A stretch of 47,249 nucleotides of DNA from an uncultured bacterium (GCA_964482745.1 CAYZZY010000001.1:1-47249); one strand, 5' to 3'. Positions 35,781 to 44,501 are shown, counted from the stretch's first letter. The notes: generated by a model from the sequence alone, not told the origin. Made by a program: numbers and translations.

Positions 35781-35962
35781 GATGCCTCCTCCTTATTGAT
35801 TTCTCCTGCCCCGTTTTCCAATGCACAGAGAATCCCCTTGCTCAGCGAGCGGATTCCGCCGGTGACGAACCATTCCTAGCGAATACGGCCTCGGTTGATC
35901 AGCGACGGGATCACCGGATGCGTCCAGGGTCCCCGCATGCCCGAGAGTGGAATATCATTTAA
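35781..35962 (-). promoter_or_regulatory. about 180-nt multi-helix 5' leader of mscS (candidate riboswitch, class unassigned)
   Basis: Nested helices AUUCC/GGAAU, UCUCGG/CCGAGG and AUGCG/CGCAU. A long hairpin GAAUCCGCUC-GCU-GAGC..GGAUUC. A competing 7-bp pairing CCGGUGA/UCACCGG. Confidence 0.35.
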
Positions 35963-35991
35963 AATATAACGCGAAGTTTGCTTTGTGTAAA
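35963..35991 (-). promoter_or_regulatory. sigma70-type promoter of mscS
   Basis: On the minus strand: TTTACA (35991-35986), 17-nt spacer, TATATT (35968-35963). Confidence 0.5.
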
Positions 35992-36201
35992 GAGGCGGAA
36001 TATGAAGTCGCGCGTGGTGTGGTCTGCGGTATGAGAGGCGAGAGATTGCTGTGCGTCTTAAGCAACCAGTCGATGTTCTCGATCTTCTTTGAAAGGAAGG
36101 CACTCTTCCGTCTCTGTGATAATTTTACAAAAGGGAAATCCCGGGAGTAATGCAGGAACTCTGCAGGAGGAGAGGACATGTTTTTCCGATTCTAAAAAAG
36201 G

Positions 36202-36810
36202 CTAGTGCTTCTGTGCGCCGTCCCTGCGCGTTTTTCGCGCAACATCCGCCACCTGTTCGATTGCGCTTAAAAGATCACGTTCCGCAAGCGTATCGAGGGG
36301 ATGAGAAAAAACCGTCCACAGGATGTTCCTGTTGAGACAGATGCGTGCTTCGCCGGTGGCGAGATAGTTGGCCTTTAGCATTTTTTGGAGCAGCATGACT
36401 TCAGCAAAGTCAGGGTCCCGGCGAAGTTCGTCCAATCGGGCGAGCGGCGTCATCAGTCTCAACCGGTCGGTCTTGGAATCGATGACCAAAAACATCTGCA
36501 TTCCCGTATAAAAGAAGTGCCATTGATCGGGCTTGCCTTCGAGCATGATGCCCCACTTGCGAAAGATGTCGGTTGCGTTGTCCTCTGTTATGCCAAGAGG
36601 GCTTGTCATGGCACGGGCGATTTTTGCCGGCGCAATCTGCTGTGATCCAAAGGGGATGCCGGTCATTGTCCTTGGAGAAAGCAGGGTGTCATAGATGACC
36701 TCGGTCTTTTCAGGCGGCAGAAGATTCCCTTCAGGAGGTTCTTCAGCCATTGCGGGTGAGACAATCAGAAAGAAAACGACTGCGGCGAGTCGGAGTCGAG
36801 AGCATCTCAT
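36202..36810 (-). CDS. secreted protein with YbjN/CesT-like (type III chaperone-fold) domain, hypothetical
   Basis: 202 aa. Signal peptide with AMA-EE cleavage site. WHFFYTGMQMFLVIDSKTDRLRLMTPLARL...LLQKMLKANYLATGEARICLNRNILWTVFSHPL fits my recollection of that family. Confidence 0.5.
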   Translation of the reverse strand: MRCSRLRLAAVVFFLIVSPAMAEEPPEGNLLPPEKTEVIYDTLLSPRTMTGIPFGSQQIAPAKIARAMTSPLGITEDNATDIFRKWGIMLEGKPDQWHFFYTGMQMFLVIDSKTDRLRLMTPLARLDELRRDPDFAEVMLLQKMLKANYLATGEARICLNRNILWTVFSHPLDTLAERDLLSAIEQVADVARKTRRDGAQKH

Positions 36811-36868
36811 AGCGCTTCCCCCTGCATAACTTTTTATCCGGATCAGGTCATTTCAATGTGGATTCGGT

Positions 36869-38023
36869 TCATGCCAGAGCCGACATTTTCCTGAGCCTGC
36901 CGACGATGTCCGGAAGAACGTCAGCGACATAATCCACGTCTTCTCTGGAATTGTCCATACCAAGCGAGAACCTGAGCGAGCCATGAGCTATCTCATGGGA
37001 CAAGCCTATGGCCAGGAGCACATGAGAAGGGTCGAGTGAGCCGGATGTGCACGCTGATCCGCTCGACACGGCGACGCCTTTCATATCGAGCATCATTATC
37101 ATTGATTCGCCCTCGACATAGCGGAAACACATGTTCAGAGTGTTCGGAAGCCTGTCGGTCGGGTGACCGTTGACAACGGTATCGTCGATTTGCTCGGTGA
37201 GTCTGTCCTGAAGGCGATCCCGCAGTCCGACCAGGCGTACCCGGTTCTCGTCTATTGATTCCTTTGCGAGTTCGCACGCCTTTCCCATCCCCACGATGCC
37301 TGGCACGTTCTCCGTGCCTGCCCGTCGGTTGGACTCATGATGGCCGCCAAGTTGCATAGGAACGATACGGGTCCCCTTCTTGATGTAGAGCGCGCCCACT
37401 CCTTTTGGGCCGCATATCTTATGTGCCGACATTGACAAGAGGGAGGCGTTTGATTTTGGCGCGTTCACCGGTATCTTCCCGCATGTCTGCACGGCGTCGG
37501 TGTGGAAGCAAATGCCATTTTCCGCCGCAATCTCGCCTATTATGTCGATGTCCTGGACAGTGCCTATTTCATTGTTGCCGTGCATTATTGATATCAAAAT
37601 GGTGTCTTTGCGGATCGAATCGCGAAGCTGATCCAGATCCACTTTCCCGTATCCATCAACCTTGACATATGTGACTTCAAAACCTTTTTGCTCGAGGAAC
37701 TTGCATGTGCTCAAGACTGCGGGGTGTTCGATCTGCGACGTGATAATGTGCTTGCCTTTTTTCTCGTTTGCATAGGCGATGCCCCTTATCGCAAGGTTGT
37801 CTGACTCGGTTCCGCCGCTTGTAAACACAATGTTTGCCGGGTCAGCTCCGATAAGTCCCGCCACTTGCTCGCGGGCTTTCTCCAGGGCTTCCTTTGCCTC
37901 GCGCCCAACGGCATAGGCGCTCGACGCGTTGCCGAAGCTTTGCTCAAAGAAAGGAAGCATGACGCTTAGCACATGAGGATTCATCGGCGTGGTGGCATTG
38001 TGGTCAAAGTATCTGAGCTTCAT
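36869..38023 (-). CDS. cysteine desulfurase (class I NifS/IscS type)
   Basis: 384 aa. FDHNATTPM, SGGTESDN, PLP-lysine SMSAHKICGPKG, active-site loop SSGSACTSG. Confidence 0.9.
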   Translation of the reverse strand: MKLRYFDHNATTPMNPHVLSVMLPFFEQSFGNASSAYAVGREAKEALEKAREQVAGLIGADPANIVFTSGGTESDNLAIRGIAYANEKKGKHIITSQIEHPAVLSTCKFLEQKGFEVTYVKVDGYGKVDLDQLRDSIRKDTILISIMHGNNEIGTVQDIDIIGEIAAENGICFHTDAVQTCGKIPVNAPKSNASLLSMSAHKICGPKGVGALYIKKGTRIVPMQLGGHHESNRRAGTENVPGIVGMGKACELAKESIDENRVRLVGLRDRLQDRLTEQIDDTVVNGHPTDRLPNTLNMCFRYVEGESMIMMLDMKGVAVSSGSACTSGSLDPSHVLLAIGLSHEIAHGSLRFSLGMDNSREDVDYVADVLPDIVGRLRKMSALA

Positions 38024-38071
38024 CGTGAGTTTCCCTTACAATTATGCAGCTTCTTGCCGAATTCATTCACC

Positions 38072-38101
38072 ATTCTATAGGAATTATCGCTTGGGGATCA
38101 A
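38072..38101 (-). promoter_or_regulatory. candidate sigma70 promoter of the desulfurase gene
   Basis: On the minus strand: TTGATC (38101-38096), 18-nt spacer, TAGAAT (38077-38072). Confidence 0.35.
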
Positions 38102-38232
38102 ATCAATGCTATGTCAGCCGCGAGAGACTCCTCTTCTTTTAGGGAACATTCGCATATCTGCTATGTGCTGACAGATCCCCCCCTCCCCATTATTTTGCCC
38201 TTAAGTCTGCAATCAGGCTATGTTCGACTTGT

Positions 38233-38351
38233 GATCGTCCTGGATTGCCGGTTTGGAGGTCGACATGAGACAGAATCCGGGGAGGCGCGAACGTCTTCAA
38301 TACTGGATTTGAAGGTCGAGACAGCTACACGGGAGAGCGGGGGAGAGGCGC
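38233..38351. repeat. imperfect tandem duplication (56 + 63 nt) in the cysS-desulfurase spacer
   Basis: Unit 1 GATCGTCCTGGATTGCCGGTTTGGAGGTCGACATGAGACAGAAT..CCGGGGAGGCGC. Unit 2 GAACGTCTTCAATACTGGATTTGAAGGTCGA..GACAGCTACACGGGAGAGCGGGGGAGAGGCGC. Confidence 0.5.
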
Positions 38352-38379
38352 GGCTTTCCTTCTGCTTTTCACCGGCAAA

Positions 38380-39816
38380 TCAGCTCTTTTCGCGCCAGAA
38401 GGTACCATCGGGTGTGTCTTCGAGGGTGACGCCAATATCTGCCAGCCGGGTTCGGATGGAATCGGCGACGTCGTATTCTTTTCGCGCACGGGCTTCGGCG
38501 CGAAGCGTTATGAGCAGCTCCAGGAGTTTTTCAGCAAGGTCGGAGCCGGCACGGGACGCGCCTTCCTGAAACAAACCGAGCACAGTCCCCAGACCGCGGG
38601 TCTTTTCGATGAGTGATCGAAGCTCTTCCGGTTTGCAGTTCAATGCATCGGGCCCGTCGAGAATCTTGTTTAAGGCCTTGACCATATCGAAGAAGCCGGC
38701 CAGCACCTTGGGCGTGTTAAAGTCATCGTCCATGGCTTCCTCGAAATCGTTGACAAGCTTCTCTTCTATTTCCTTTAGCGAAACATCTCCGTTTCCCGAT
38801 TTGCCCGCCCTTTGCTCCAATATCCGGACATGGCGTTCGGCCTTGTCAAGCGCCGTGTATGCTCGTTGGAGTGCGGATTCGGCATCCGAAAGTGAGTTCT
38901 CGTTGAAGTCTATCGGTTTGCGATAGTGTGCTGACATCAGGAAAAAGCGGATGACTTCCGGCTTACCGACTTTGAGCAGTTCCCGAACCAATGTAATATT
39001 ACCGAGAGATTTCGACATCTTTGTGCCGCTGATGTTCAGGTAGCCGTTGTGGAGCCATACTCTGGCAAACCCCTTGCCCGTGGCCGCGCGGCTTTGCGCT
39101 ATTTCGTTTTCATGATGCGGGAAAATCAGATCATGTCCGCCGCAGTGAATATCGAAATCGTCACCGAGGTACTTGGAAGACATGGCCGAGCACTCGATAT
39201 GCCAGCCGGGCCGACCTTTGCCCCATGGACTGTCCCAACTCGGTTCATCAGGTTTGGCGGATTTCCACAATGCAAAATCCAGCGGGTGATGAAGCCGTGG
39301 GTCGACCTCGACGCGCGCGCCCTCCACCAGTTCATCGATGTTTTGATGCGAGAGCTGTCCGTATTCTCGGAACTTGGAGATGTTGTAGAATACATCTCCG
39401 TCGATTTCGTAGGCGAAGCCTTTTTCGAGAAGCGTCTCAATAAGCGAGATCATTTCGGGGATGAGTTCCGTCGCTCGCGGATGGGTATCGGCTCGATGTA
39501 TCCCCAACGCGTCGGCGTCTTCGAAGTAATACTGTGTGTATTTTTCTGCTACCTCTGCCGCCGAAACGCCCTCCTCGTTTGCTTTATTGATGATTTTGTC
39601 TTCCACATCTGTTATGTTCTGTACATAGTTGACGCGGTAGCCTCGATATTGCAGATACCGACGGAAGACATCGAAGAGCACGAAAACGCGTGCGTTGCCG
39701 ATGTGTATGAAATTGTAGACCGTGGGACCGCAGGTGTACATCCCGACCTTGCCCGCCTCAATCGGGTTGAGCGGCTCCTTCTTGCGAGTGAGTGTGTTAT
39801 AGACCATCACTGGCAT
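38380..39816 (-). CDS. cysS: cysteine--tRNA ligase
   Basis: 478 aa. CGPTVYNFIHIGNAR (HIGH) and KMSKSLGN. Confidence 0.93.
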   Translation of the reverse strand: MPVMVYNTLTRKKEPLNPIEAGKVGMYTCGPTVYNFIHIGNARVFVLFDVFRRYLQYRGYRVNYVQNITDVEDKIINKANEEGVSAAEVAEKYTQYYFEDADALGIHRADTHPRATELIPEMISLIETLLEKGFAYEIDGDVFYNISKFREYGQLSHQNIDELVEGARVEVDPRLHHPLDFALWKSAKPDEPSWDSPWGKGRPGWHIECSAMSSKYLGDDFDIHCGGHDLIFPHHENEIAQSRAATGKGFARVWLHNGYLNISGTKMSKSLGNITLVRELLKVGKPEVIRFFLMSAHYRKPIDFNENSLSDAESALQRAYTALDKAERHVRILEQRAGKSGNGDVSLKEIEEKLVNDFEEAMDDDFNTPKVLAGFFDMVKALNKILDGPDALNCKPEELRSLIEKTRGLGTVLGLFQEGASRAGSDLAEKLLELLITLRAEARARKEYDVADSIRTRLADIGVTLEDTPDGTFWREKS

Positions 39817-40010
39817 ATCGGTCTCTCCGGTGATACGTGATTCCCCCCGGCCCTGACTGCGCTATGGAAAACGGTTCACGAGCATGGTCTCATCGGACGG
39901 AAATTCACATGCAGTCGCTCTCGGAGACGACGAATCGTCGCTTCACGATGTGTACTCGCCGCCACTGGAGCTTGCCCAACGAGCGGCAGGTGGCAACGCA
40001 TGCGGGATTG

Positions 40011-40388
40011 CTACTTGATCTCTACGGTTGCGCCAACCGCCGTGAGCGTTTCTTTCATTTTCTCGGCCTCGTCCTTGGAGACGCCTTCCTTTACCGGTTT
40101 CGGAGCCTCGTCGACAACGGCCTTCGCCTCTTTCAAGCCGAGTCCTGTCAGCGCACGGACTTCCTTGATGACCTTGATCTTCTCGGGGCCGATCTCTTTC
40201 AAGATCACGTCAAACTCGGTCTTCTCCTCTTCCTCCTCGGCCGCAGCCACCGGAGCGGCGGCCATCGCAACCGGCGCAGCCGCGCTGACGCCGAACTTAT
40301 CTTCCAGCTTTTTCACAAGTTCGGAGAGTTCCAGAACCGTCATTTCCTCGATCGCGCTAAGAATTTCGTCCATTTCCAGTTTTGCCAT
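40011..40388 (-). CDS. rplL: 50S ribosomal protein L7/L12
   Basis: Ala-rich hinge, then [35 protein letters not shown]. 125 aa. Confidence 0.95.
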   Translation of the reverse strand: MAKLEMDEILSAIEEMTVLELSELVKKLEDKFGVSAAAPVAMAAAPVAAAEEEEEKTEFDVILKEIGPEKIKVIKEVRALTGLGLKEAKAVVDEAPKPVKEGVSKDEAEKMKETLTAVGATVEIK

Positions 40389-40431
40389 TGTTCCTTATCC
40401 TCCTTGACAGTTTCTTTCCGGGAAAAGCTAT

Positions 40432-40950
40432 CTATGCAGCCTCTTTCTGTTTACGAAGCGCCTCAAGCGCATTTACCAGGCTTCGGACCGGACCGGCGAG
40501 CACATTCACCAGGCCGGATATCGGAGCATTGAGTTGTCCGGCTAATTGTGCCAGCAAGACTTCCCTTGGGGGCAATGCGGCGATGGCACGAACCTGGTCT
40601 ACGCTGATCAGCGTGCCATTCATGATCCCGCATTTTATCTTCATGCTCGGGTGGCCCTTGATAAAGTCCGCCAACACTTTTGCCGGCGCAACAGGATCAT
40701 CCGAAAATACATATCCCGTAGGTCCATCCAAAAATTCCAACAGACCCTCGATCTTGGCCTTGCCGGCGGCGATTCGGGCAAGAGTGTTTTTGAAGATGCG
40801 ATATTCGACAGACGCTTTCCGGAATTCGTCCCTGAGACCGGTAATGGCCTGGACATTAATCCCCGTGTAATCGGTAAGGATCGCCATCTGCCTTTGAGAG
40901 AGTTTTTCCGTCAACTCCTCTACGAGTTTTTCCTTTTCCGGCGTTGGCAT
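40432..40950 (-). CDS. rplJ: 50S ribosomal protein L10
   Basis: 172 aa. AILTDYTGINVQAITGLRDEFRKASVEYRIFKNTLARIA is canonical L10. Confidence 0.93.
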   Translation of the reverse strand: MPTPEKEKLVEELTEKLSQRQMAILTDYTGINVQAITGLRDEFRKASVEYRIFKNTLARIAAGKAKIEGLLEFLDGPTGYVFSDDPVAPAKVLADFIKGHPSMKIKCGIMNGTLISVDQVRAIAALPPREVLLAQLAGQLNAPISGLVNVLAGPVRSLVNALEALRKQKEAA

Positions 40951-41173
40951 GGTATCGCTCCTTTAAAACGCAACTGTTTGCAGCTCGGGCCGGGAATGGG
41001 CCGGGCCGGCGACCTCAAATACAAAAAACCCCCGCCGTCTTCGACGACAGAGGCTGATTCACAAAAAAGAATTGCAGATACTTTTGCAAATCGTCTCGGA
41101 AGGCGCTCTTTAAGTTCCGTTCAGGAACACCCTCTGTCTCAGACAAACATACCCTGCGGGCTCGTAAGGCTGG
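40951..41173 (-). promoter_or_regulatory. rplJ leader with terminator/antiterminator alternative (candidate L10-responsive attenuator)
   Basis: About 215-nt leader. GACAGAGG (complement of 41131-41138) can pair with the terminator 5' arm CCUCUGUC. Confidence 0.45.
41017..41053 (-). terminator. intrinsic terminator inside the rplJ leader
   Basis: On the minus strand: CCTCTGTCGTC-GAA-GACGGCGGGGG (11 bp, 3 G-U) followed by TTTTTTGTATTT. Lies 66 nt upstream of the rplJ ATG. Confidence 0.65.
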
Positions 41174-41202
41174 AGTTTAGCAGATTTATCAAGCTTTGTC
41201 AA
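41174..41202 (-). promoter_or_regulatory. sigma70-type promoter of rplJL
   Basis: On the minus strand: TTGACA (41202-41197, inside the last codons of the DUF502 gene), 17-nt spacer, TAAACT (41179-41174). Confidence 0.55.
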
Positions 41203-41875
41203 GCTCATTGAGCGGCGCAGGCTTCATTCCGACGCCTTGAGGATAGGGGGGAGTAACCGCCCCACCGGAGATTACAAGCTTGAGGCCATCCTCGGTCGTC
41301 ATGTCGAGGTACTGCAATTCGTCGCGCGGCACAAATATCAGGAGGCCTGAAGTCGGATTGGGGGTAGTCGGTATAAAGACGCAAGCAACCTTTTGATCGG
41401 TCTTTAATTGCACCTCGCCCTCGGCCTCGGAGGTAACAAACCCCAGACTGTAGATGCCCTTCCGAGGATACTCCACCAATACAACCTTATTGAAAATGCT
41501 TCGCTTCTGGCCGAGAAAAGCCGTACTTATTTGCTGAACTGCCTTATATATCTTGTTGGCCAGCGGGATGCGGGCCATTATGCTTTCCCCGAACGAGATC
41601 ATACGTTTGCCGATGAGATTGGTCGCAAATATGCCGACCAATATGATAACCGCGAGGAAAAGGACAACCCCGACTCCGGGAATGCCCGCAAAAGGCTGGC
41701 CGGGGATTCTCCGGGGGATGGTGTCAATGAATGAGAACAGGCTCCCGAGAACCCAGGCGGTTACGGCGATCGGCAGGATGACGATTATTCCTGCAATAAG
41801 ATATCGGCGCAGGTAAACAAAGACAGAACGAAACCACCGTGACTCCCCTTTTTTTTCGGATGTATCTATATCCAA
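41189..41875 (-). CDS. DUF502-family membrane protein
   Basis: 228 aa. RRYLIAGIIVILPIAVTAWVL...PGVGVVLFLAVIILVG and the C-terminal FIPTTPNPTSG motif typical of DUF502. Confidence 0.75.
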   Translation of the reverse strand: MDIDTSEKKGESRWFRSVFVYLRRYLIAGIIVILPIAVTAWVLGSLFSFIDTIPRRIPGQPFAGIPGVGVVLFLAVIILVGIFATNLIGKRMISFGESIMARIPLANKIYKAVQQISTAFLGQKRSIFNKVVLVEYPRKGIYSLGFVTSEAEGEVQLKTDQKVACVFIPTTPNPTSGLLIFVPRDELQYLDMTTEDGLKLVISGGAVTPPYPQGVGMKPAPLNELDKA

Positions 41876-41886
41876 TGCGTCTCTCC

Positions 41887-43173
41887 TTATTTCTTCTTTT
41901 CCGATGAACGCTTTCCGTCCGCTGGATTCAACTCGAATTTCACCCGTGTAATCGCACGCTCGGTTGCCTCGAGAATCGTCACCTGGAAATCGCTGTGGCG
42001 GAAGCTTTCGCCCTTCTTGGGAATTCTTCCGAGCCGCTCGAATATAAATCCTCCCACCGTCTCGTATTCGCCTTCCGGCATCGCGACCCCCAGGAGTTCT
42101 TCCGCCTCGTCCTTGTGCATTCTCGCGTCGAGCACGAACAATCCCTCTCCGAGATTGGTGACCGGCAGGTCCCGCACATCATACTCATCATGGATTTCGC
42201 CAAAGATTTCCTCGATGAGATCTTCGAGGGTAACCAGGCCTGCCGTGCCGCCGTACTCATCCACCACTATGGCCATAAATGTTTGTTTTTGCCGGAACTC
42301 GTGCAATAGATCCTGTATCTTTTTCGATTCCGGAATAAATGTGACGGGCCTGATGAATTCCCTGATCGAATTATCCTTTGGCGGTTTGCCGGTCCGCATG
42401 AGGTCGAACACGTAGACGATTCCCTCGATTTTATCAATCTGTTCGTGATATACCGGCAGGCGCGAATGCCCGTGCGCTTCGAATACCTCGCACGCCTCCT
42501 CCCACGGCGTATCATCCGCTATGGCGACTACGTCTATGCGAGGGACTATTATTTCGCGCACGGTCGTGATTCCGAAATCCATCACACCGTGTATGAGTTC
42601 TCGCTCTTCCTCCTCGATAACCCCCTCTTCCTCGCTCTCGGCACACAGGAGACGAACGTCTTCACGAGTGATAAACGGCGATTTCTTTTCCGTGCCTCCC
42701 ATGATGGCATTCAGCCTGTTTGTCGCGCGCAGAAGGGCGTTTACCAGAGGTGAAAAGAGCAGCGTCGCGGCCCGCAAGAAGGGCGCAAACACCGGTGAAA
42801 GGGTATCCGCCTTGTGCCGGAACACGGTCTTGGGCAAGATTTCACCGAAAATGAGGAGTAGCGGTGTGAGCACCAGCGGCGTGAGCACTTCGGCTCGCGA
42901 CGCTCCCCATATATGGGTGCTCAATATAAGGAAAATGATGGCGGCGGTCACATTCACAAGATTGTTTCCCACAAGAATGCCGGCGAGCAAGCGCTCAGGT
43001 CTCCGAAGAAGGTTCGTCAGGATGATAGCCCTGCGGTCTCCCTTTTCTTTCCTCTGTCTCAACGCTATGCGGTTTAGGGAAATAATTCCCGTCTCGATGC
43101 CTGAAAACGACGCCGACAACCCGAACATCAAGAGCAATCCGAGGAGCAACAGGATGTCGCCAAGAGCCATCAT
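41887..43173 (-). CDS. CNNM/HlyC-CorC family transporter (DUF21-CBS pair-CorC_HlyC), paralog 2
   Basis: 428 aa. DUF21 TM region, CBS pair, VVDEYGGTAGLVTLEDLIEEIFGEIHDEYD, C-terminal CorC domain. Confidence 0.85.
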   Translation of the reverse strand: MMALGDILLLLGLLLMFGLSASFSGIETGIISLNRIALRQRKEKGDRRAIILTNLLRRPERLLAGILVGNNLVNVTAAIIFLILSTHIWGASRAEVLTPLVLTPLLLIFGEILPKTVFRHKADTLSPVFAPFLRAATLLFSPLVNALLRATNRLNAIMGGTEKKSPFITREDVRLLCAESEEEGVIEEEERELIHGVMDFGITTVREIIVPRIDVVAIADDTPWEEACEVFEAHGHSRLPVYHEQIDKIEGIVYVFDLMRTGKPPKDNSIREFIRPVTFIPESKKIQDLLHEFRQKQTFMAIVVDEYGGTAGLVTLEDLIEEIFGEIHDEYDVRDLPVTNLGEGLFVLDARMHKDEAEELLGVAMPEGEYETVGGFIFERLGRIPKKGESFRHSDFQVTILEATERAITRVKFELNPADGKRSSEKKK

Positions 43174-44501
43174 TGCTCCTTCTCCCTGTCCTGTTCAAGG
43201 GCGGTTTCTGACACCGGCATGATAAGCACGCTGCGTATTCGTCGGTCCTTTATCTTCTCAACGTGAAATCTGAATCCCGCATGCTCTATCCACTCGTTCG
43301 GGGATGGCACATGTTCAAGCAGTTCATATACGAGCCCGCCAACCGTGTCACAATCGCGCTCCTGCACGACCGCCCCCAGGATCTCCGAGAGGTCGTCCAG
43401 TCGCAAGCGCGCATCCACGCGCAGGGAGCCGTCGGGTAGCCGCTCCGCTTCGCTTCTTCTCTCATCGTATTCGTCGAAGATTTCACCAACGATTTCCTCG
43501 ATCAGGTCCTCAAGCGTCACCAGTCCTGCGGTCCCGCCGTATTCGCCGACGACAACCGCCATATGTATCCGACCGCTCTGGAACTCTCTCAGGAGATCGC
43601 CTACCTTCATGGATTCCGGGACATAATACGCCGGCCGGACGAAGCGTGATATGGGGATGTTTATCTGACCCCTCCAGAAATAGGGGAAGAGGTCTTTCGC
43701 ATATACGATCCCTCTGATGTCATCGACCGTTTTGCTGTAAACGGGGAATCGCGAATGTCCGGTTTCCTTCATTATGGTCGTAAGTTGCTCGACCGTGGTG
43801 TCGTTTTTCACTCGCACCACGTCGGGGCGCGGCACAAAGACGTCCCGCACGCGTGTATCGCCGAACTCGATGATGCGGGTGATCATCAGGCGCTCTCTGG
43901 ACTCAATCACGCCGTCCTCTTCACCCATGGCCAACAGCATTCGTAAGTCATCTTCGGTTACGACCGAACTGGTTTCGCCCTTTCTGATGCCGAGGAGTCG
44001 CAAAACCGAATCGGTAAGAAGCAGGATAACTCTGAGCAGCGGATATACGATTTTTGAGAAAATGCCCATTGGGACGGTTGCGCCCATGGCGAAACGCTCC
44101 GCGTTGTTTATTGCGAGCGTTTTTGGCGCAATCTCTGCAAACACCAGGAGGATGGTTGTCGTGAATATGATAGCCGCCAGACTGCCAAGATAGACGGAGT
44201 AAGGAAGGGGAGCGAAGATGTGCAATGCCCAGACGCCGATGATCTCCGAGATGAGAATATTTACGGTCAGATTCCCAATCAGTATGGTTATCAGCAGCCG
44301 GTTGGGTTCCTCAAGCAGGTGTGCGATGCGTTTGCCGCCTGCGGAAGCCTGTCTGAGCCTCTCTATGACAACGCGCGGCAGTGAAAAGAATGCGGTTTCC
44401 GAGCCTGAGAAAAAAAAGGAGAGCGAAAGGAGAATCAGAAGCAGCAAGATATGTTCCAGAAACTGGGTATTCAAGGCAGTGTGACCCTTACGGGGCTTCA
44501 C
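43170..44501 (-). CDS. CNNM/HlyC-CorC family transporter (DUF21-CBS pair-CorC_HlyC), paralog 1
   Basis: 443 aa. Same architecture, VVGEYGGTAGLVTLEDLIEEIVGEIFDEYD. 4-nt overlap with paralog 2. Confidence 0.85.
   Translation of the reverse strand: MKPRKGHTALNTQFLEHILLLLILLSLSFFFSGSETAFFSLPRVVIERLRQASAGGKRIAHLLEEPNRLLITILIGNLTVNILISEIIGVWALHIFAPLPYSVYLGSLAAIIFTTTILLVFAEIAPKTLAINNAERFAMGATVPMGIFSKIVYPLLRVILLLTDSVLRLLGIRKGETSSVVTEDDLRMLLAMGEEDGVIESRERLMITRIIEFGDTRVRDVFVPRPDVVRVKNDTTVEQLTTIMKETGHSRFPVYSKTVDDIRGIVYAKDLFPYFWRGQINIPISRFVRPAYYVPESMKVGDLLREFQSGRIHMAVVVGEYGGTAGLVTLEDLIEEIVGEIFDEYDERRSEAERLPDGSLRVDARLRLDDLSEILGAVVQERDCDTVGGLVYELLEHVPSPNEWIEHAGFRFHVEKIKDRRIRSVLIMPVSETALEQDREKEQ

Noticed and set aside
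35876-36179. ORFs of 74-75 aa (minus) and 67 aa (plus) upstream of mscS, considered as a pseudogene or small genes
   Set aside because: They overlap the predicted mscS promoter and leader, have no RBS, and contain no motif I recognise. A two-frame join did not yield a recognisable protein.
38289-38320. tRNA-like anticodon hairpin (CTTCAA-TACTGGAT-TTGAAG)
   Set aside because: It has a 6-bp stem with an 8-nt loop and no T-arm, D-arm or acceptor stem around it. It is part of the tandem duplication.
39817-40010. T-box leader or terminator between rplL and cysS
   Set aside because: There is no T-box consensus (AANNGGGUGGUACCGCG-like) and no specifier-loop arrangement. The hairpins present (GCCAC...GTGGC) lack a U-tract. 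It is left unannotated.
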